From assembly GCA_012295275.1 (NCBI GenBank), contig CM022672.1, positions 5,022,001 to 5,086,000 of the forward strand: 64,000 nt of DNA, written 5' to 3'. Position numbers and translations under genes: made by a program. Under the pieces are notes generated by a model. That model did not search any database. It was not told the DNA's origin and saw nothing but the letters and a program-made list of their open reading frames with translations. This document shows positions 55,105 through 64,000 of this stretch, piece by piece (position 1 is the stretch's first letter; each line of letters starts with the position of its first letter). The DNA comes from Chrysomallon squamiferum (taxonomy: Eukaryota > Animalia > Mollusca).

Positions 55105-55660
55105 GAATTTTTTAAACTGATTTTGGTGCATACACAGAAATATGTATAACCTGCTGGCAGATTTAATATTTTTTGTTACATCTCTAGATTAGATTCTTGT
55201 TTTTTATCTTTCTGTCTTCAAGCAATCTCATTAAAAACAACCTTGAATAATATTGATATTTTTTGTTTTCTTAATTTCATTTTTTTTTTATCCCTTAGTT
55301 CCTTCAGATTTTTTATGTAGAACAAAACAATAATAAATAAATAAATAAAAAAATAACAACAACAACAACAAAAAAAACCCATCTAAATTTAAAAAAAACA
55401 ACAAAAAAACAACAACGAAACTTTCATTAATAATAAAGTTTTTTAAAACAGTTATATTTTTTAATTAATAAATAAAGGAATAAGCATACATAAAAATTAA
55501 TAAATAATAAATAAATAAATTTTAAAATTTTAAAAAATAATAAATAAATAAATCAACTTTGCTCCGATTTAGAAATATATGTGCTGAAAAAAATGATAAA
55601 ATAAAAATTATAAATTAATAATAAACAGTAATGAATGTTTTATTATATACTATAATGATG

Positions 55661-55718
<58 letters not shown>

Positions 55719-57381
55719 TATAAATATATAGATAAAGATATAGATATACATTTACATATCCATGACAACCGAACAGTGTCAGTCATTGTTAAAACCCAAA
55801 TGTTTTCTCTCGTATCAGACAGAGGCGCTCTGGTTAATAACGTCTACAATCTACTCGACTCTGTGAAACACGAGTGTGTGTGTTTCTGACTTTATTGTCT
55901 TAAGTGTCTCTGTTGATGACGTCATCACGACCGGTTACGAGCGCTGCCTTCTACGAGAATTTTGCCTGGAGTGGTTCGGAGAGGATTAGGTTCTGAGAGT
56001 AGAGTAAAGACACCTTAGGAAAGCGGTCACGAGTGAAGTGATGTTACAGTTTTGTTTCTAGGTCGTTGTTGGTTGGTTGGTTGGTTGGTAAAGCTGTGGT
56101 CGTGTACACTGGCGATGTCATCAACGTCGAAGCTGATACGTGTAGAATGTTAGAGCGGGTGGAATGATCGTAAATACGTATCGTGTAAACACAGATAAAA
56201 GCTTATCATCTCTGTATACGGGTGGATACGTCTTAAAGGTTCAGAGTCGTATCTCAGTGTGTGTGTATAGATAGATACACGTGTATGAATGAATGAATGA
56301 ATACATGCTTGTATTTATAAATCTATGCCTCGGTTTATTTAAAAAAAATTCTGGAGAGAGTGGAGAGTTAAATAAATAAATGACTGCAGAAAAAAATTAA
56401 TAATATGTTATACACAACATAGTTGGTATCAAATGAATTCTATTAAACTTTATTATTATTATTATTATTATTATCATTATTATTATTATTAGTAGTAGTA
56501 GTAGTAGTAGTATTGTTATTTGTTGTTGTTGTTATTATTATTATTATTATTATTTATATTATTATATTATTATTATCATCATCATCATCATCATTATTAT
56601 TACATTGATTTTATTATGTTGTTAATTTTTGTTTCTTATTCTTATTTTTTTTTTTTAATAAAACTCATTTTATCTTTAAAGGTTATATATCTACCTCTCT
56701 ATTAGCGCTTGTTTTCAATTAAACCCTTCAGTGATAACCTTCGCAGCAACAACTGCAATGGTTTAAAAATGTATTTACGTCCAGAACAGTTTTAACGCTA
56801 ATGTCATAGAACGTTAGTTTACAGAGAAACAACAGTGTAGTTATTTCATCACATTTTTAAAAATTTTGATCCCAGAACCAAAATCAATCTTCGAGCCTAT
56901 GACGTAAGAAACCGAGCTGAAACCTGACAACTGAATTAATGAACGTTTCTGTGATTCTTGCACAAAGAGCAACAGAAAGTCAAGAATCTCCGGTGTCGAA
57001 GAACGTCTGGGTTGGAAATAAGAGTGCGTCGCAGGAAATCACTTACTGAAATTCCACCTACAACTATTGGTAAAATAGGTTTTGCGATAAGAACTTGAGT
57101 AGAGAAGTAAAGAGACAGGAGATAAAAAAATATATAGATAAAAAAAAAAAAAAAACATTTTAAAAACATTTTAAAAATAAAAACGGCAGAGGAAACTAAA
57201 AGATTTTAGATTTTTATGTAATCGTCTGACGTCTGAAAGTGAAAAAAAAGGAAAAAAAAAAAAACGATGTAGAAGAAAATGTGTATAGCTATAATGAAGT
57301 AAGTACAATATAGCATCGAAAAAGTATCTAAATAACAAGATGAAAATAAAATAAGTAAATAATAATAAGAAGAACAACAAC

Positions 57382-57412
<31 letters not shown>

Positions 57413-57438
57413 CTATAATAATCATATAAATAATCATA

Positions 57439-57473
<35 letters not shown>

Positions 57474-57934
57474 AATAGAATAAAATAAAATAGAACTCTG
57501 AGATATGCAGAACATATTTACGTTATGTCTATGTTTTACTAAAGGTGTGTTTAAGAAAAGACACTTAATCAACTAACTGACTACACCTCTGTTTAGTCAG
57601 ATCGATTTATAAATATTTCAGTCTTAATCTTCTTCTTCTTCTCCCTTCTAAATAAATAAACAAATCAAATATATGAAATAAAACTAAGCCTGAAACAAGT
57701 TTAAAAGTATTAAACTAATGGTATAGTGATTATGATAATTATTTTACACAGTTAATTAATGATATACCTGTAGGTTAATTCAGTAATAAGCAGTATCGAG
57801 TTAACATGAGATATATGAAATTTATATTAAGTATATTAGTTTTAGCATTAGCAGCAGCTGCAACAGCAGCATTAGTAACAGAAGTAGTAGTAGTAGTTGT
57901 TGTAGAAATAGTAGTAGTAGTAGCAGTAATCGTA

Positions 57935-57982
<48 letters not shown>

Positions 57983-59954
57983 ATAGTAGGCTTACTTATT
58001 TAATCGTAGCAATAGTAATACTAATAGTATCAGTAATTAGTAACAATAGCAGTAGTAATAAAAACAGTAGTTGTAGTCGTGGTAGTTGTGGTAGTTGTGG
58101 TAGTAATATTAGACTACAGACAGTCATCCAATTACACCCACATTCCGTTCCGACGAAATGATCCTATTTGTATTTACAGAATCCATATTATTTTGTGTAG
58201 GGCTGACTATAATTACTTTATGTCACACATATACATACATACATACATACATACATACATACGACATACATACATACATACATACATACATACATACATA
58301 CATACATACATACATACATACATACATACACACATATGTATATATATGGGGATTCACGAATAAGATATACTGCTGACCTCGGAAGATCTGGATCATCCAA
58401 CCTTGGCCGCGGCAGCGCACTTAGAAAGTCAAACAGTCGTAAGTCGACGAATGTCGTATTAATTAGAGTAACAGACGTAAGTTCTGTTTAATATTATAAC
58501 AGTTCTTAATTAACACGTAAATGAACTTTTTTTTCAAAATAGGTTTGTCATTTTTTTTTTTTTTTTTTCTTCCGCGTCTGAACATGTCAGTTAGTGCGCT
58601 TACCACAATTAGTTCCATGAAATTATGACATCAGATATTTTTGAAACACGAACAAAAACGGTGAACAGACTTCGCCTCGTTAACATTATTAGTTGTTTAC
58701 ATACTCCACGTCCTTGATTCTTACATGAACTGAAGTTATCGATCATCAAGATTACCTTTATTCACGCATCCTTGTTCTGTCTCCACAGCCTCCAATGTGT
58801 GTCGTGAAACTCTGACAGTTCAAGGTTTACCTCCCTTCCCATTATCATCTCGATTTATTATTATTATTATTTTTTATTTTTTATTATATTTTTTTTGTCC
58901 GCGTGTGTTAAATAAGCGTAAACCTCCACGTACAGAACAGCACAGGTTACGTACGAAAAGAAGCGCTTGCAGTATAGATTTTTACTGTGAGTTCTTTTTT
59001 CCATTGTTCTTATGAGACAGCCAGCAGGAGTTACGAACAGACCAACGGTATTTTGCAAGGACACAGTTTTACGTTAAGTAAATATTCGCATTTTGAAAAC
59101 TCTCTGTATTAGTGGTTCGTTATCTTGCGAGTCATTTTGACATGGGAATGTTTTAATACCTCCGTATCAGTGTTTAACATTCGCAATTATCGAATGGCCG
59201 TGTTTGTTTTTCTAGCACTCAAATAACTGAATATTGCATTAAAATGTGCTAACCTTGTTACATTAGTATTTACAGAGAGTAACGGAATAGCAGTAGTTTT
59301 TACTTGAACAGTATCAATTATTGGCTACATAAACATCCTCATTATGGTCCTTTCTGAAATATCTATAAACATACATATGTACATACCAACCGATCTCCAT
59401 ACATTTATATATGCATAGACATATACATGCAACAATACGAACTCGCGCACAAACACACACACGTGTGTAATACCTCTACCTGCTACATATTAGTGATACA
59501 AGTTACATTTAACGAGTACTTGAGAAGGCAGACACGTGTATTTTCCCCATTAACAAATTTACTAAATTTAGATCAAAGAGGCGTATTAAGGTTCATTCTT
59601 AATTTAATTTCAGACGTGTAAATGTTCTCTTATAATCTCCTACGAGTTTTAAATGAATTTGCCGAAATACACACACAGTCTGTTGTAACTGATGCGTAAT
59701 TCTTATTGGATTTAATGGTGTTTTAATCCCTTATGTGAGATGTCTGATCACATAAGCTTAAAGGATAATACGATTAGCATGTACAGAGGTAATTAACATG
59801 TCCTGACGACTATCTCAAACAAAAGAAAAACATTATAGTTTTTATAAAAATTAATTTCATGTTCTGATTGTAATTATAGGATATCTATAAATACAAAGCC
59901 ATTCTAATTTTAGTTTATTTCTCTTTTAGTCCCATCCCTACAGATGCATACAGG

Positions 59955-60460
59955 TATAAATATAAATATAAATATAAATATAATATAATATAATATAATA
60001 TAATATAATATAATATAATATAATATAATATAATATAATATAATATAAATAAATATTAAAGATTTGAAACTAGACATAAACAGTTTATAAACTGTCCTAA
60101 AATTGACCATGATGAGAATGCATATGATGATGATAACATGACGATGATAATGATCATCATGATCAGAATGTGTATGATGATGATGATGACATGACGATGA
60201 TAATGGCTGATTATCATCACAAAATGTTTTCGCAGACCGATGATGGCAGAGAATGTTTCTAATGATGATAAACAAGTTAGTGATGATGATGTCAATGGTG
60301 ATGATGACTGATGATGACCAGGAAACATGATAAAAATGTTTGTAATGATGATAAAGACGACGACAATGATAATGATGACGACGATGGCCTCAAATATGAC
60401 AGAACAACGAAGGTGATGAGACTATTGCTAATGATGACAAACATAATGATCATGATGTTG
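59955..60460. repeat. (ATATA)n tract followed by cryptic (GAT)n-rich low-complexity sequence
   Basis: Direct reading. Confidence 0.8.
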
Positions 60461-61602
60461 TCCAACTTTCATGTTTTGCTAATTTAAAATGCTAATTGAA
60501 GAAAGGTGCATATTGCAATAATGAGCCTTTATTATCGCCGAATACACAGACAGCTGTTCTATATCTGGCTTGTTTATTCCTTCAGATTAGTTTTAATCTT
60601 ATTATAAGACATAATAACGGAATTTCGAGTGAAACTAATTAACCCTCATTGTGTTTACAAGAAACGTCTGGCCTTGTCTTGTTTACGCTTTCAGACCCGA
60701 AGTTTGATTTCCGTCAGTGTCCGTAAACCGGCGATTCGTACTTAACTTTCGTTTGTCTCCGCAAACTGCACGAGAACAAAATAATAAAAGATAAATCACT
60801 TAGTACGCAACGTTCAAAGAGGCAAACATTTCAGAAGAATGCGAAGAGGTAAAAATTACTCTCTCTCGCTGGACACGTCAAGGACGAATTCACGTGCAGC
60901 TCTGCTTTGAAGTCTTCACATGAAATAAACTCTTCTAGTCTGCTAATTTGACGTTAGCAAAGAGAAAAGAAGAAAGAATCAAGTTGTTTGGTATTGGATG
61001 TAATAAAACGAGGGCGAATCCAAGTTTTTCAAAGCGTGGGGTTGATACAAGAAGGGTTTGGAAACAGCAGGGTGTAATCTGCAAAACGTCAATCTTGCGA
61101 TAATCGTTGTTGAAGTTATTAAAGTATATAAAATAATAAAAGTAGTGCTTAATAGTTGTTCGCCGAGCGTGGTTTGTCTGATTTCGGGTTAAATCTCTGG
61201 TTATTTGATGGATCTTATCACTTCTTGATTTAAAAATCATTTCTTATTTCTTTAAGATTAAACCACTGCAGAGCTCAGTCATTTGAAATCTGCAAGATAA
61301 AATGTTTTGCTTTATGAATAAATCGGATCTGGCTGTTTATCGGATCGAGTATCTAAAATCGCATTCTAAATGTCTCTTTCTGTTTATATGTTTGCTACTG
61401 GGAAATAGATTTCATCCCGTGAAAATAAATAAATTAAAGTTTAAAGTTGATAACAGGAATTTGTTGTACACCGGCTGCTGTGCGATGTTCTCTTGAAAAT
61501 AAATAAATTAACAAGTTTTATCTGCGTGCTGCCGACTGTTTTAATAGGTTAATTTTCAATATAAAAACTGTCAGCGTAGGAAATTACTACAGATCAAAAT
61601 CT

Positions 61603-61645
<43 letters not shown>

Positions 61646-61692
61646 TGTGTGATAACAACGTTAATAAATAAAGAAAGAAAGAAAGAAACAAT

Positions 61693-61728
<36 letters not shown>

Positions 61729-63010
61729 CAGCAGGTAAAATACATTTTAAAAAGAAAAAAATGAAGAAAAAACCCAAGATACAAGCAAATAAAATTAATA
61801 ACGAACAGCAAACAAATTATTCTGTTTCAGACTTTATTCTGACTAATGAGAGAAATCAGAACTGGATGTTCTTGGGTTTTTTTAAATTTAATTTATTAAT
61901 GTTTTTTCCATTTATTATTATTTTTCTTCTTCTTCTTCGTCTTTTTATTATTATTATTATTACTGTTATGACAAATCCGGCATATCGAATATCCCATCTT
62001 ACTTATTATAATTATACTTCCGCCATACAGGTTTCTTATTAACCTTATTTGGATCGTTATTTCATGTTTTGACGGAAGTCTCTTCTTCTTTGTCGCAAAC
62101 CTTGACATAAAAACTGGCAGCATCCTTGCACTCGCTAAGCGACACAGATAGATAAATTTGGCTAGTTACAGCAAAACCACGAAACACACACGACGAATTG
62201 GCTGGTGACGTAAGGTAACGTATAAAACCAATTCGCTCACTTTGTGTGCACTTTAAAGAAGAAATCTGATGTTTTCTTCATTACGTAAAAGGTTTCTAAA
62301 TACTTCATCCCGTCTGTCTTACTGACAGATGGCTGCAAGCTGTGACGGAAGAAAAATCTTTGACATTTGGTTTATTATTTTTGTTTTTCGATGACCTCAA
62401 ATTTCTGTATGTTAAAATTATATAGACTAGATTCAAAAAAAAAAAAAAAAAAAAAAAAATTCGTATAATGGTAACTTCGTTCTGGAAATTCAAACTCGGT
62501 AAAATATGTTTTCCAAAAAGCAGCCAAATACCTTCCGTTAGAGCGCTTGAATTCGAAATAACACTTTAGTCATGCGTCGAAAAAATATAATTTTATCATT
62601 ACTAGGGAACTTTTTTTTTTTTTGTCAAACAAAAATGCATCTTAATAGATTTCTAAGATGAACATATCCCTGTAAAAACATTCCAGCCATTAAACAAAAA
62701 TTTAGAAACAAGTTAATCCTTTAAAACAATAACTTAATGTAACCTGAAGTACTGACACTGAAAAAACGATCCCATAGTCTTTTCTCACAAGATTCAGGGA
62801 CCAGTCGTTTACACATACCCATTCTTCTGTTAATCTCGGATCAGGTGCTTCGCTATAAGCAGAGTTATCTACATTTGAAACTGTAACCGTGACGCCTCTT
62901 TTCAAAAACTATTTCCGATTTAATATAACTTGTACGATTTAATACAAACATGCATACATACATGCACGTATATACGTACAAAACATGTACATGATTATAT
63001 GCATACACAC

Positions 63011-63057
<47 letters not shown>

Positions 63058-64000
63058 TACATACATACATACATACAGACAGGTATATCGTACAAAAAGA
63101 AGAATGTACACATGCATATATTCATGAATATATGCATACATACACACACACATACATAAATACATACATACATACAGACATACAGACAGGTCGAAAGAAG
63201 AATGTACGAGCGGACGAAATGATAGAAATACAAACATTATGTTTTCGGCGAGACAAATAATGGAAAAGATGCAATGAAAGCGTCAGTCAGTGTTGATTAG
63301 CCAGCGCGAGGGTTTGACACGTTAGAAGTAATTCTAGCAGAATAAAACAGGGATGAGCAGACAGCAATTAGTGTTCGCCTGGCCTACTGTCTTACATAGA
63401 TCACACGTGAACGTAGTGAAGTATGAAAAACGTTTCATCTCCTAATTAATCTTATAAACTGGCACCGCATTTGTTCTTTATTATATCCACATACGTCTTT
63501 CTTTCATTCTTTGTTAAAGTTAGTATTATCTGAAAGCATCTAAAATATATATTTTTTTTACCATACAAAGTAAAGTATCTGAAACAGTTTATCAACTGTC
63601 TTCCCTGAATAGTGAACATGAAAACGATACTAAATGATGATAAAATGATGATTATAGCGTGATGATGATGATGATGATGATGAAAGAAAAGCAATACGTT
63701 TTGAATTTAAGCGTTTCTCGATTATTTTAATAACGGATTAAAATTCGACTACAAAAACACAGTGTATGACTTATCTTGATGATGTGTAACTTCAACACCT
63801 TTCTGAGAATACAGATATGAATAATTAACCAAATCGTTGTTAACAAACTGGATAAGAATAAGATACAGCAGCATCGTTAAAGCCCTGAAGATTCGACTTT
63901 TCTGTGTACGTTGTGAGTTAAAGCGCGTGAGATGATGAGTTGTAATCTGGTTAGCAAACAAAATGGTACTGAGAAAAAAATGGCAACAGCTAAAAAAAAA

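Overview
AT-rich, microsatellite-saturated eukaryotic DNA from an invertebrate animal. Receptor residues suggest a protostome, possibly a mollusc (inference). Only one protein-coding gene is supportable: an intronless-CDS class A biogenic-amine GPCR on the minus strand (32122..33807, likely start 33720). It is most similar in motif content to 5-HT1-type serotonin receptors, and a spliced 5' UTR carrying uORFs is plausible. Nearly all other ORFs in the track are microsatellite or minisatellite translations. The most distinctive non-coding structure is at 21.7-23.9 kb: a head-to-tail pair of tRNA-derived SINE copies sitting in (ACAT)n, with the second copy split by an exactly 1800-bp non-coding element that has GG-terminated inverted ends and an apparent 8-bp target-site duplication (GTATAAGG). 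Further truncated SINE copies lie at about 1.26 kb and 44.36 kb, also embedded in (ACAT)n. Also present: a 35-bp minisatellite, a ~110-bp inverted duplication, several short local duplications, fold-back microsatellite pairs, and GC-richer islands that may be regulatory. I see no evidence of a CRISPR, phage or prokaryotic system, and I cannot claim a wholly new biological system.
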